This document shows positions 29,108 through 41,189 of a stretch of DNA of 64,000 bases, one piece after another. The notes under the pieces were generated by a model. The model saw nothing but the letters and a program-made list of their open reading frames with translations, searched no databases and was not told the DNA's origin. The stretch lies in the NCBI RefSeq assembly GCF_009914755.1, contig NC_060927.1. One strand, given 5' to 3'. Each line of letters opens with the position of its first letter. Position 1 is the stretch's first letter. The DNA comes from the human T2T-CHM13v2.0 reference genome, Homo sapiens. A program made the translations under genes and the position numbers.

Positions 29108-30271
29108 GCCCTCTCCCTTCTCCCTTCTCCCTTCTCCCTTCTCTCTTCTCCCTTCTCCCTTCTCTCTTCTCCCTTCTCTCTTCTCTCTCTCTATCTTTCC
29201 ACGGTCTCCCTCTGTTGCCGAGGCTGGACTGTACTGCCGTGATCTGGGCTCGCTGCGACCTCCCTGCCTTGGGCTCCCGTGATTCTCCTGCCTCGGCCTG
29301 CCGAGTGCCTGGGATTGCAGGCACGTGCCGCCATGCCTGACTGGTTTTTGTATTTTTGGTGGAGACAGGGTTTCGCTGTGTTGGCCGGGCTGGTCTCCAG
29401 CAGTGATCTGCCCGCCTCGGCCTTCCAGGGTGCTGGGATTGCAGACGGAGCCTCGCTCACTCAATGCTCAATGTTGCCCAGGCTGGAGTGCAGTGGCGTG
29501 ATCTCGGCTGGCTGCAGCCTCCACCTCCCAGCCGCCTGCTTTGGCCTCCCAAAGTGCTAAGATTGCAGCCTCTGCCCGGCCGCTACCCCTTCTAGGAAGT
29601 GAGGAGTGTCTCTGCCTGGCCGCCCATCGTCTGGGATGTGAGGAACGCCTCTGCCCGGCCGCCACCCCGTCTAGGAAGTGAGGAGCGCCTCTGCCCAGCC
29701 GCCCCATCTGGGAAGTGAGGAGCGCCTCTGCCCCGCCGACCCATCTGGGAGGTGTACCCAACAGCTCCGAAGAGACAGCAACCATGGAGAACGGGCCATG
29801 ATGACCATGGCGGTTTTGTCGAAAAGAAAAGGGGGAAATGTGGGGAAAAGAAAGAGAGATCAGATTGTTACTACGTCTGTGTAGAAAGAAGTAGACATAG
29901 GAGACTCCATTTTGTTCTGTACTAAGAAAAATTCTTCTGCCTTGGGATGCTGTTAATCTATAACCTTACCCCCAACCCCCTGCTCTCTGAAACATGTGCT
30001 GTGTCAACTCAGGGTTAAATGGATTAAGGGCGGTGCAAGATGTGCTTTGTTAAACAGATGCTTGAAGACAGCATGCTCCTTAAGAGTCATCACCACTCCC
30101 TAATCTCAAGTACCCAGGGACACAAACAGGGCTGAAGGCCGCAAGGACCTCTGCCTAGGAAAACCAGAGACCTTTGTTCATGTGTTTATCTGCTGACCTT
30201 TTCTCCACTATTATCCTATGACCCTGCCACATCCCCCTCTCCGAGAAACACCCAAGAATGATCAATAAATA

Positions 30272-30322
<51 letters not shown>

Positions 30323-30336
30323 AAAAAAAAAAAAGG
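29108..30336 (+). mobile_element. SVA_A retrotransposon, full length (CT-rich head, Alu-like domain, short VNTR, SINE-R, polyA)
   Basis: CT head 29109-29195; antisense Alu-like domain about 29200-29565; about 5 VNTR units at 29568-29751. HERV-K-derived SINE-R (TGTGTAGAAAGAAGTAGACATAGGAGACTCC...ATCAATAAATAC) and A46 tail. Perfect TSD AGAAAGGCTGTAGA at 29094-29107 and 30337-30350. Confidence 0.96.
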
Positions 30337-31209
30337 AGAAAGGCTGTAGACAGATGAACACTGATGCATACATTTTTATAGGGGACAGGGAAAGGACAAA
30401 TAAGGAGTGTGGTACATTGTCCAGTTGGATGTCAGAAAATAGCAGGGTGCTATTTATTGGAGGTAGCTGAATGGACACCTTACAAAGGGGTAGAAGACTG
30501 CAAATGAGAAAAAGAGGATGGTGAGAGATGAGAACCCCCAAAACAAACTGTTCATATAACAAACATGTCTGAGGCTTTCTCTGATTAGAGTGAGACCCTG
30601 ACTGGGGTTTCTGTGCTTAGAGTGAGGCTCTAATCTCACTCTAATGTCTGATTCATCCAGACATTCGGCCTGTGAGAGGGCTACATCAGGGATTCCGAGA
30701 ATTAAGATGTGGCATTAGGGCTACATTGTGCAAAGTTGGAGTAATGCAAATTGTTCAAGACCTTAGTATTCTCATAAGCAAAAATATGGAACACCTTTTA
30801 GAGTTTCAGAAAGGTTGGCTGTTCTTTAAAGTGTGAGCCCTTCAGGTACAGCCTGGGCCTATGGTACACTAAGATACATGTCAGGGCTCCATCACAGTGT
30901 TCTTCCGAATGGAATGTGCTAGACTCATGTGACAGTCCAGAACTTGTGGTTTCATATGCCCTTTGCCTTGTATGTCCAGCTTTTCCCCTGTTCAGTCACC
31001 TCCCATGTATGCCTCCAGTGGTGTCCGCCATCTCTCCTTAGCCCAGTCCTCATTTCTCACTCCACCTGAGTGTAATTTCTGGGCAAAGAGAATTGCAGCC
31101 ACTTCAGCTTCCTGTCTTGTCTTTAGGGTTTCGAATTAAGCCTTATTCTTGGGCTGGCCATGACTACCTTAATTCCTCACTCTGAATGCTCCTTTGTCTC
31201 CCTGACTAG

Positions 31210-32390
31210 ATGCAGATTTTTCTTTCTTACCAGGTGGCACTATGATGTACCCAGTTGCTCAAGCTAGGTATGTATGATGCTTCCTTTAATTCACTCTCTA
31301 TCAGTGATTTCTGCTAACTTTGTGATATGGTTTGGCTGTGCCCCACCCAAATCTCATCTTGAATTGTAATCCCCACAATCCCAGGTGTCATGGGGCGACC
31401 CAGTGGGAAGTGACTGGATCGTGGGGGTGTTTCCCTCATCCTGTTCTCAGGACAGTGAGTGAGTTTTCATGATGTCTGATGGTTTTATAAGCATCTGGCA
31501 TTTCCCCTACTCATGCTCACTCTCTCCTGCCACCTTGTGAAGAAGGTGCCTGCTTCTGCTTTGCCTTCCACCATGATTGTAAGTTTCCTGAGACCGCCCC
31601 AGCCATGCAGAACTATGAGTCAATTAAAGCTCTTTTCTTTAGAAATTATCTTGTCTCTGGTGGTTTTTTTTTTTTTTCAGAATGGACTAATTAATACACT
31701 TTGCATCTGGAGTCATTCTTTCTTCTCTATCTTTACTGTTACCACCAGAGACAAGACCACTGCCATGTTTTACCAAGTCTATAGAATACAGTCTTCATAG
31801 GTCTACTCAGTTCTGCTCTTGCTGTTCCACAATCTCTTGCTCACTTCGTCCCATGACTGACCTTCCCAAATGTAGATTGGGCTCATATCATTCCCCATAT
31901 TAAAGACTTTCAATGTCTTCCTGTTGAACTTAAAATAAAATCAGCCTTTTTAGTAAAGTTGAGAAGGCCTGATGTGGCCTTGCTCTGCTCCTGTTTCTAC
32001 ACCTTCATTTTATATTATTCTCTCTCTTGCTCACTATTCACTATACTTCAGCATAATGAACTTCTTTCAGCCCCTTGGTCACATCAAGCTCTTCTGCATT
32101 TTAGAACATCTGACTGAAATCACGTTTGTTCTGTTTCTTCCATGACTAGATCTTTCTGTTTGTCAGTCTTTTTACTTTGGTGTTATTTCAACCTTCTGGT
32201 TTTTTGTTTGTTGCATGTACTCCAACAGTTAATTAACTTAATTATTTTTGCGTTTACACATTTGTTTTGTCTCTTGTATGTCTGTGTGCTCTTTGAGGTC
32301 ATAGTCTCATCAGTCTTTCTCACTCACAGGTATTAAGATTGTAATATACTCTCTGACACATAGTAACTGCTTAATAAACATTCAATATGC
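31210..32390 (+). mobile_element. L2 3' region, interrupted by THE1D LTR
   Basis: L2 motifs (CCCAGTTGCTCAAGC; TAAAGACTTTCAATGTCTTCC; CTGACACATAGTAACTGCTTAATAAACATT). Boundaries approximate. Confidence 0.6.
31323..31698 (+). mobile_element. THE1D-like MaLR solo LTR
   Basis: TGATATGGTTTGGCTGTG...TAATACA termini; 5-bp TSD CTTTG at 31318-31322 and 31699-31703. Confidence 0.9.
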
Positions 32391-33636
32391 AAATAGTCAT
32401 GGTTAAGCCCTGTTTCTAATACTTCTGATGACGACCGTATCCCTGCTTACTTTAGAACTGCTCCTCCAAACATGCCCTGATTCTACATGACTATCCAGCC
32501 ATAGATTAAATTGGCACACAAATGAATTAGGTTCACATCACTCAGGAACTTTGAATTTCTAGCCATTTCCCTCTAAATTAACTGCTAAACAGTTTTTTTT
32601 TTTGCCCTGAATCTAAAGAATTATTGTTGCCAGCATCTTAGGTATTGAAATATATTAGTTAGCAAACACAAAATTATGAACACAACTGGTTTTATAATTT
32701 CCCAAGCAAGTCATGCATGCCTTGAGAACTTTTGAGATTTTATTGAAGATGACTTTTCCTAGTCATGAGCATCATTCTGTTTTCCCACCTCACATCTCCG
32801 TCTAGAAGAGTTAATCACAAGAAGTTCGCAGGTGGAATTGCATGGAAACATCAGAATAAGCTATTTAGTTGAAGAAAAACTAAATATCTGACTACAGTTA
32901 TTAGCTCCAAAGTATATCTGACCCAATGGCATTCAATAGCATGTATCTCACACTGTATTGCATAAAGGCTTGACTCCAATTCAGGAGTTTAAACTTTGCT
33001 CACTGTACATTTGCTTTTCAGTAATGTTAATTAGCTAATTTGTGAGACACTAGCTATAATTAGCATGGTGCTTTGATATTTTATTTCTAACAACAGGAAG
33101 ATGATTACCTTAAAAAATAATAAAAGATTTAAATCTAAGTAAGGATCTAAATTACAGTCGTTGAGTTGTGGAGAAAAGTGAATTCAGTTAATCCCCATTT
33201 GCATGTGCCAATTAGTTAAGTATTAATCAATTTCCTATATAAATGGAAATGAGAATACCAGCATTCTTTGGTAAGATAATGTTTCTCATTAACACAAACA
33301 CAACCTCCTGGCATTTCATAAAAAAAAAAAAAACTTCCACTTTTCATTTTTCTTCTTCAGAATATCTGTTGATTTATTTTCCATTGTGATAGAATCTGTG
33401 CATCTTAACACATTTGTAGACGTCTTTTCAGAATTTATCTTAGAATTTTAGAATAAAAAATAGCAAAATTGAGCAGAATTTATAGTATGCATTAATTATT
33501 TTTCTTTATTTAAAAAAGTTTTAAATGTCAAAACTCAATTGATATTTTAAGGTATAGAAAAGTAAGTAAGGAGCAGCTGAAAAATTTCAGATGAGCCATA
33601 GCTCATCTGTGTATCTATCTATCTTCAGTGTATCTG

Positions 33637-34042
33637 TGATAGAGACAGGAGACAGCCAAGGATCCCCGGTGAAACCCCGCCTTAAAGCCTAAAATAGCCT
33701 GAAGGCTGAAAAACCGGACTGCTGGTCCCGGGATGAAGCTGGCCCTTTTCCCACTGATTCTCTCTGAATAATGCCCACCTGCGCACTGGGAGGACGGGGT
33801 GGAGCCTTGGGAAGTTCCGGGCGTTTGCAATGGGAAGGAGCCTGGCCTGGTCAGTTCCTGGGTGGTGACCTGGGAATCAAACCGTGAGGCGGGAGTCCTG
33901 CAGCGGGACTCTGTCTGGCTTTGCTGAGAGTCCCTCTTTCCTTTCTTCCTTTCACCCAATAAACCCTGCCCTACCCACCGTACAATGTGTCCACGTGCCT
34001 AGATTTTCCTGGTCATATGACAAGAATCTGTTTTTTTCTACG
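33637..34042 (+). mobile_element. MER61-family (MER61A-like) ERV1 solo LTR
   Basis: Starts TGATAGAGACAGGAGACAGCCAAGG..CCCCGG.GAAACCCCGCC; AATAAA near 33958; 4-bp TSD TCTG at 33633-33636 and 34043-34046. Confidence 0.8.
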
Positions 34043-34839
34043 TCTGTCTATTTATCTATCTATCTATCATCTTTCGTCTCTATAGCTAACCAAATGTGTA
34101 GTATGCACGTGTACATATGTTTAAAATACAGTACCTATATTTAAAACAAATATTGCCATTGATCGATACATCAATTAAGTGGGCCATATTTTTGGCATTT
34201 GAAAAATCAAAGGCACAGATCTTTCCATGTCATTAGGAAATAAATGAACAATTTTTAAAAAGTACTTTTAACGAACTTTTAGCTTTGTTGCTTAATTTTG
34301 TACAATTTAGGGCTGACATAGACATGGAATTCACAGAAGCATGAACATGTCAGCATTCTCTGTCGTTTAGAGTTGGTATTCTGGGGTATATTTGCTCCAT
34401 GACAGCCTGGCACTGCGTCATCATATTGACATCCCCCCAAAATTCAGTGACAAATTATTACTGTAAGAAGTGAGAAACTAAAATAAAACCAGGTTGGATC
34501 TTCAAAATGCAGCTAATGTGGGAAATAGGGTAATATGATGAATAGACTAGGGGTTTGTTTCTCTATTACCTTATTAAAAAGTTTAATTTTAGGTGTTGCT
34601 ATCAATTGGCCAATAGAATCCCAAATTACACCTTCTTGATTATTAGATTTTTTTCTCTACCACTTTTAAAAGGTAATATCAATTTCCAAAATTTTAATCA
34701 AGTCACAAACTTATGAAGATAATGTAAATTATATTAGTCTTAAAATGTTTCCCTGTTTTATTGATTTAATAAAACAAACAAACCAAAACCACCTACAACT
34801 TAAGACTTAAAAATAATTAAAGTAATAAAAGTGAAAAGC

Positions 34840-35370
34840 TTCTCTGCCCACTCCTATTCTTAAAATCTCAACGCCCAGAGGTAACTATAAGTAATATTCT
34901 GTGCCTATATTTGAAATTTTTAAAAATTTTATTCAAAAGTATCCACATATATACAAATATAATACACTTTTCAAAAATGGAATTGTGTTGATAAATATGG
35001 TTATACCATAATTTGTTCAACTATTTCCTTATTGGTGTATAATTAGTTTTTGTTTTCTTTTCCATTACAAAGGATGCTTTAGTAACATCCTAGGACAAAT
35101 ATTTGTCTCCTAGAGGGCTTCTTTCTTTTTGTTTGTTTGCTTTTTTGTTTATATCACTAAACAGAAGGCTTCGATTCATTTCAGTTGAAGAAAGTCTGTG
35201 AGAGGGCCTATTTCCTTGCACCTTTATCATCCCTAAGTTTTGGCATTCTCTCAATTTTTGTCAATCCTACGGTAACGTTATTTTACATGTCTTTAAATAC
35301 TAATAAGGCAGAATATCTTCCAAATGTTTGCATATTGTCCATTTGCATTTCCTTTTCCTTCAATCTCCTA
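34840..35370 (-). mobile_element. Old L1ME-type 3' fragment
   Basis: Antisense L1ME motifs CCCAGAGGTAACT, TACCATAATTTGTTCAAC, GTGAGAGGGCCTATTTCC and CCATTTGCATTTCC. Boundaries approximate. Confidence 0.55.
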
Positions 35371-35817
35371 TTTATTTCAGTGTTATGAACCCACACGAGA
35401 CTGTAATATCAGTAACTCTGTGGTCATTATGAAGCCCCTAAATTCAGAATAAGGTTTGAATGCAGATGGTTTTCCTAATCTTGTGATAAAATAATCAAAT
35501 GCTCTTAATATTTCTTTTATTTTCCTCTGGTTTCAAGATCTGAACTCTTCCGTTATTTGGCTAGGATATGAAACCAATTGAAACTAAAAAAGAAAATATT
35601 TGAAACAACTTTGCATCTGAATTGATAAGAGGGTATACTTTGTGATGGTGCTAATGACATAAACGCCTCTCTTCGGGTTTATTCAGATGACACTTAAGGG
35701 CTCACTCAAAGTTCAAAAGCTAGGACTATTTAACTTTTGAACAAGAAGGGAATCACACAAAGTGTAATTTACTACTGAAAATGTTCTGATTGTGGCTGCC
35801 TAGTTGGAGGCCAGTCT

Positions 35818-35850
35818 ACACACACACACACACACACGCACACATACATA
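35818..35850. repeat. (CA)n microsatellite
   Basis: ACACACACACACACACACACGCACACATACATA. Confidence 0.9.
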
Positions 35851-36499
35851 TATGTCTGTATATGTATGTGTTATGCATGTGTCTATATTTATATCTATAT
35901 CTACTTAAATTTTTTTCTAAAATATGTATCTGTGATTTCAGAAGACCAGTTTGGATTTTGATCAATAAAAATATTTGGTAAAACTTAAATAGTAATTATT
36001 TCTGATTGGCATTATTTTAAGAATCTATAAACTTTTTGATAGTATTTTAGAAAGTTGTCAGTAACAAATTCTGCCTTGGAAATAACTTAGACTTCTTAGC
36101 TACCATTGTTCTTTTTAAAACGATTTTAAAAAAATGTTTCTAGTAGTTGATATTTTTTTCTAAAACATGATTAATAATGAAAAATCAAAAATTCATTAAC
36201 AAATTGCTTTAATTCACAGGGCATTTTGTTTATGAAGATGTTATAATTTTAAAATATTAGCAGAATTAATTCTATAATAGCTCTTTGAGAATAGCAAAGG
36301 TTAGTAGGGATGTATGGGTAGTCAGCAATGGCCATATACTCTATGTGCCACAGTTGAAAGGTGGCTTTGATTGTATTGCAATATTGTATTAACTTGCACT
36401 GCTTTCTTTATATCATATACTGTCAACTCACTGCTCTAGTCATTTAGGTATTTACTGAGGTTTCAATATTTAGACTTTTAAAGTCTTTCATTGTCATAA

Positions 36500-36632
36500 G
36501 CCACTTTATTTAATTCCTTCATCTCAGGAATGGTAATTCTACCACCTCCCTGACATCACAGTGACATGATTAATTCGTTAATGTTTGTAAAGTGCTTTGA
36601 GAATGTAAAGCGCTAAATAAGTGTTAAGCACT
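36500..36632 (+). mobile_element. Ancient amniote CORE-SINE 3' tail (MIR1_Amn-like)
   Basis: GATTAATTCGTTAATGTTTGTAAAGTGCTTTGAGAATGTAAAGCGCTAAATAAGTGTTAAG matches my recollection of the amniote MIR-type tail. A degraded core lies upstream. Confidence 0.55.
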
Positions 36633-37884
36633 TTTGAGTATCACAATCAATCAACATAATGTTTTATAGTTCAAAATCTCTTGCTACTTCAAATACAGTA
36701 ATTCAGTTAATGTGAGAGTTCTTATGAAATTGAAACTTTGTCACAAAATTAACAGAAATTTTGTAAATTATAAATATGTAGCAGGGATCAGGGAGTTATA
36801 CTGATTTATCTATTTAGTGTTTTAGTTTGTATCCAGCATTAATTTTCATCTTTAACCAAAAACAAGAAAAATTTCTTATTTTAATTTTCTACTTTAATTT
36901 TATATATTGTGAATGCTCCTACAATAATGTATTATGTAGTCTCCATAGCTGTCCTGAATTGTGAATACAGCATCTAATTTCCAAAGGTATTGCTGCTATC
37001 TTTCAAAGAACATCAGAGGGCTGGAGTTATAATTAATTTATCCTTGTATCTTTACAAAAATCTAATAAATGGCCTTGCATTAATAAAAAAAAGTGGCAAG
37101 AATTTTGTAATATAGATTTTAGGTGCTATGAGACAATTTTTGTATCTAGTACAAGTAATCTAAGAACAACTGAAAGAGGCTTGATATAATCCAGATATAT
37201 TGACTCTAAGACTAGTTGTACTGATAATGAAGGTAAGAAACACAAATTCTTTTTCATTTCTTTAAATTCCGGAGGACATTCATATCTTTGTGCAGAAGTG
37301 ACACATTAAATCAAGTTTATTCATCCATATTAAATGTAAAAATGAGGGAATGATAACTAGAAAATAATTCCTTGTTATTAAAATAGCAAATAAAGTATTC
37401 TTTAAAAGTACCATAAACAGATAACTCAAATACATAAAAATACATTGCAGTCTTTGTTATAGCATGTAATTTCACTTTCTTGGGGAAATGTTTAAAGCAC
37501 ATAATGGACAGAATTAAAGAGCAAACAGAGTTTATGTAGCCTAGACAGCTTTCTCGTGCTTTTGTAGATCTAAGGACATTTTTTCTCTGTGTTGACGTCA
37601 ATTTTTTCATGAGAATAATCTGAGAATGGCAAAGGATTTAATTAGGTAACTGACTTTGCAAAAACAAACCACATTTAAAGAAAAGTACAGATCCCAGAAT
37701 CCCCACTCATTCTGGGAATTTATTTTTCTGGGTTCCTGAAGATTGTGTAGAGTAATCTTATAGATGAGAACAGTGAGTTTCAACACATTCCTGTAATTTT
37801 GCTGGGGCACAAGACTAAGCTGGTGGGCTGCTCCTTCAAGTGTACTGGTCATCTCGCCACTCTCTGTGGGTGAGGGATTGAGCA

Positions 37885-38125
37885 TAGGTTTGGGAATTAG
37901 GCAGACTTGGCTTGGGGCCAACTTCTGTCTTTGCCACATTCTATTTGTGTGACTTTGAGCACATCACTTACCTGCATTTCGGTTTTAGTTTCTTGTACAA
38001 TGGAGAAGTAAAACCTGCTTTTCTGGGTTGCTGTAAAGATTGCAGATTATGTACCATAAATACACAGTGCAGAGGCTGATATACAGAGCTCCAGACTTGG
38101 AGCTCAATAATTGAGGGCTAAATAA
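37885..38125 (+). mobile_element. MIR
   Basis: TTTGGGAATTAGGCAGACTTGG...TGTGACTTTGAGCACATCACTTACCT...GCTCAATAA. Confidence 0.7.
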
Positions 38126-40576
38126 TATAATTAGCTGGCAGTGCTTTTACACATATTTATCTCAATTAGAAAACGGTGATTATTACCATAGTGTATTATA
38201 TTAATTATATTAGTATAGTAGCTTACACTAAACAACTCTCTACATTTATTCACTTAATTTCACTACAATGCTAGGCTGGTGCTTTATTTCTATTTTACGA
38301 ATGGGAAAACTGATACAGAGAGAGATTAATGGATGTGTGTAACACAATCAAGACTCATGAAAATTAATTACCCAACCCAAGGCCACAAAGCTTGTGCCTA
38401 GAGACCTGGACCTCTGTCAAGTTGGCTTGTCTTCCCTTTTGCATGTTATGCTACAGCTGTTTGCAGAGATGACTTATTAATTTTACCCTTTAGCAGTGAT
38501 CCTAAGTATAAGCAAGAGAAATCCCCCCGAAAAGGAAGAGAAAAAAAAAATGAGGGCAGACAAAGAAGAAAGAAATGGATAAGAGTAGAAGAGTTCAAAA
38601 TGTGGTATGTAGGGGTCCTGAATAACCAACGCCATTGACACATTCTTTTACATTAATTTCAGGAGTTTTTAAAAAAAGCCACACTATTTTGTTACTGTGG
38701 TGTAAAATTAATTCCAAAAGAATAATTTTTTTTCTTAGTATGCTATCAGTTAGACAAGATCAGTTTACACAATATCTTCTCTTTGTCACCAACTTTCCTG
38801 ACTAAAATAAACTCAATATAGTATCTGTAACTGACATAGCACTCATTTGTCACTGGTGAATGCACATAATGTCGTCCACTGTGGCAGTGACTTTATCCAT
38901 GGTTCCTTGGGGAACCAGAGTATATCACTTACCATGCTTGGTGAGCTCATAAAGCTATTTATAATGTGTAACACAACCATTAATAGGTTAAATATTTATA
39001 ACCATATTTAATAGCTGTGTATCATTGGTATAATAAAAAACACATATAGAAAGAAAGTGGTTTCTCTTTCAAAGGCAAAACTGATGTCTTGGTTTTTAAA
39101 TGTACCTGAGAGGGAAATTAGATTAATATTTACACAAATCTCAGGAAAGGTGTCCTACCATTTTTGTAGCATATCCTTAATAGCATTATTACTTATGTGA
39201 ACACTACATAATTTTTTGGAGTTTTATTTTTCTTTCCATCTTGTGCCTCTCTGTGAAGTTAGTTCATGTGGCATTAGTTTATCTGATACACATCTCAAAG
39301 TTAGTCCATATAAAACTGAACACCTGAACCCACCCTTCCACAATGGCTCACCTGAAAATCATCCTTTCCTAGCTGATGGCATGTTCCATTCTTTTTGTTG
39401 CTCATGCTACTAACCTCGGAGTCATTCATCCTTCACTTCTGTCTTTCTCTTCTCTCTCTCTGGATGTTATTAGAAACATGTTCTTTAACATAAAATATCT
39501 TACAGTTTCAGAAAGTTCACAGATACCTTGAAGCCTAGAAACTTTATGTAATTTAGCTTAAGAACCTCTATCAAATGCCTCTTCCAAGTTTACAATCACA
39601 ATGTGTTTTAAAGTTTTTATTGTAAAATGATATAAAATAAAATATAATTATTTTCTAGTAAATAAATGATACATTAATAGTTGGTTCTTTTAATCAATAG
39701 AAATGTTACCTTAATTGGCACTTCTCATTTTCTTTCCAAGTATTGGTAATAAGAAAGCCTTGTGTGGAAAGTTAGTCATGAAAGCACTTAAGAGTCAGTC
39801 AAGGGACTACGGATCTACCTTAACCAATTCTAGAGAACTTGGGTATTCATAGTATGACCAAAGGATGGGGCTTCTGTAGCTCACCAGGTTTTAAAGCTGA
39901 TTTACAACTGCAATATGAAAAGAGTGTCACTACCATGTATGCAAGAAAAAGATGTGAGAAAGTTAAAAAAAATTCGCACTGGGAATCGTACTTTGGTAGG
40001 TTAATCAACAGCAACCAAGAACATTTTTATTATACAATTTGAAATTGCACTATTATCATATAAACTTTGTTGAGTCTGAAAAACCCTTGCTTGAGATTCT
40101 TAGTTCTTGACTTTAGAACTATGACAGTCTATCTGTTGCTCAAGAACTATGCTTATTGTTTTAAGTTTTAAGCGATAATAAAGGACCTGGATTTTCTTGA
40201 TCATGTCTCTTTTCCATTTCTTTCATAATATTATTTCTTAAGGAATTATGTTTTTATTTTAAGGCTTTAATCTTTAATCATTTATAAGTGAGTGATTCAG
40301 CTTTTAAATCAATACCCCCAAATTTAAAACAATAACAATTACAGCATTTCAATTGAAATATTGACTATCAACCCTCCGAGAAAGCAGAGGTAAAACTTAC
40401 TTCCTATGAACAGAACAAATTGAATTTGGACCCTTCTAGGTGTATCTATGTGTTCTTATAGCAAAGTTGGGAAGTTCTAAAGAAATTTTAGTAATAATTA
40501 GCATAATTTTGGATTATAACTCACATACTTGGAATTCTAAATTTTAGAATAGTTTATGATTTAAGAGATCAAATAC

Positions 40577-40735
40577 TTTATTTATTTATTTATTTATTTT
40601 TGAGACAGAGTCTTGCTCTGTTGCCCAGGCTGAAGTGTAGTGCACAATCATGGTTCACTGCAACCTCAACCTCCTGAGTTCAAGCGCTCCCAGGACCTCA
40701 GCCTCCCAAGTAGCTGGGACCACAGGCATGTGCCA
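40577..40735 (-). mobile_element. Alu right monomer (5'-truncated AluJ/FRAM) with (TTTA)n tail
   Basis: (TTTA)n followed by TGAGACAGAGTCTTGCTCTGTTGCCCAGGCTG...CAGGCATGTGCCA. Confidence 0.85.
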
Positions 40736-41189
40736 ATAGATTTTTAAAAGTCTTATTGAGTTAGGAATATCAAAGAAGCTAAAAAAATATGTGTTTGTGG
40801 AATTATTTAAAAAATAAGTAGCAAAGTCAGAATTTGAGAAGTTATTAGATACAATATCATTTTATTGTTAAAATGAAAGAAATGTTTTTATTTATTGAAA
40901 CTAACATTGGTACAAGTTTCTATCATATTATAGTAAACTTTTAGAGTTAGAGGTGATTTTAGAGTTTGCTTCATTATAAATTAAGTACAATAAATATTTA
41001 GGAGTACTCAATATTGAGATAAAAAATCCAAAAATATTTTTCATCATTAACTGTGTTAGGAACTATGAAGTATAAGATAAATATATGATGCCATTTTATT
41101 GTGGTCATTATCATACAACATACAGCAAGAGGAATAAACCTTTTGCTATTGCTCTCTTTTTCCACACCACTGGCAGTCACTACTAACTG

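Noticed and set aside
29075-29884. Overlapping ORFs with REKGEGR repeats, and a CRISPR-like VNTR
   Set aside because: These are translations of the SVA head, Alu-like domain and VNTR. The units are tandem without unique spacers, and the context is eukaryotic.
30400-30730. Possible old LTR fragments here and near 8000-8760 and 46440-46900
   Set aside because: The composition is suggestive, but I could not match termini, TSDs or a family.
33637-34042. p53 response element in the MER61 LTR
   Set aside because: Some MER61 subfamilies carry one, but I see no paired RRRCWWGYYY decamers in this copy.
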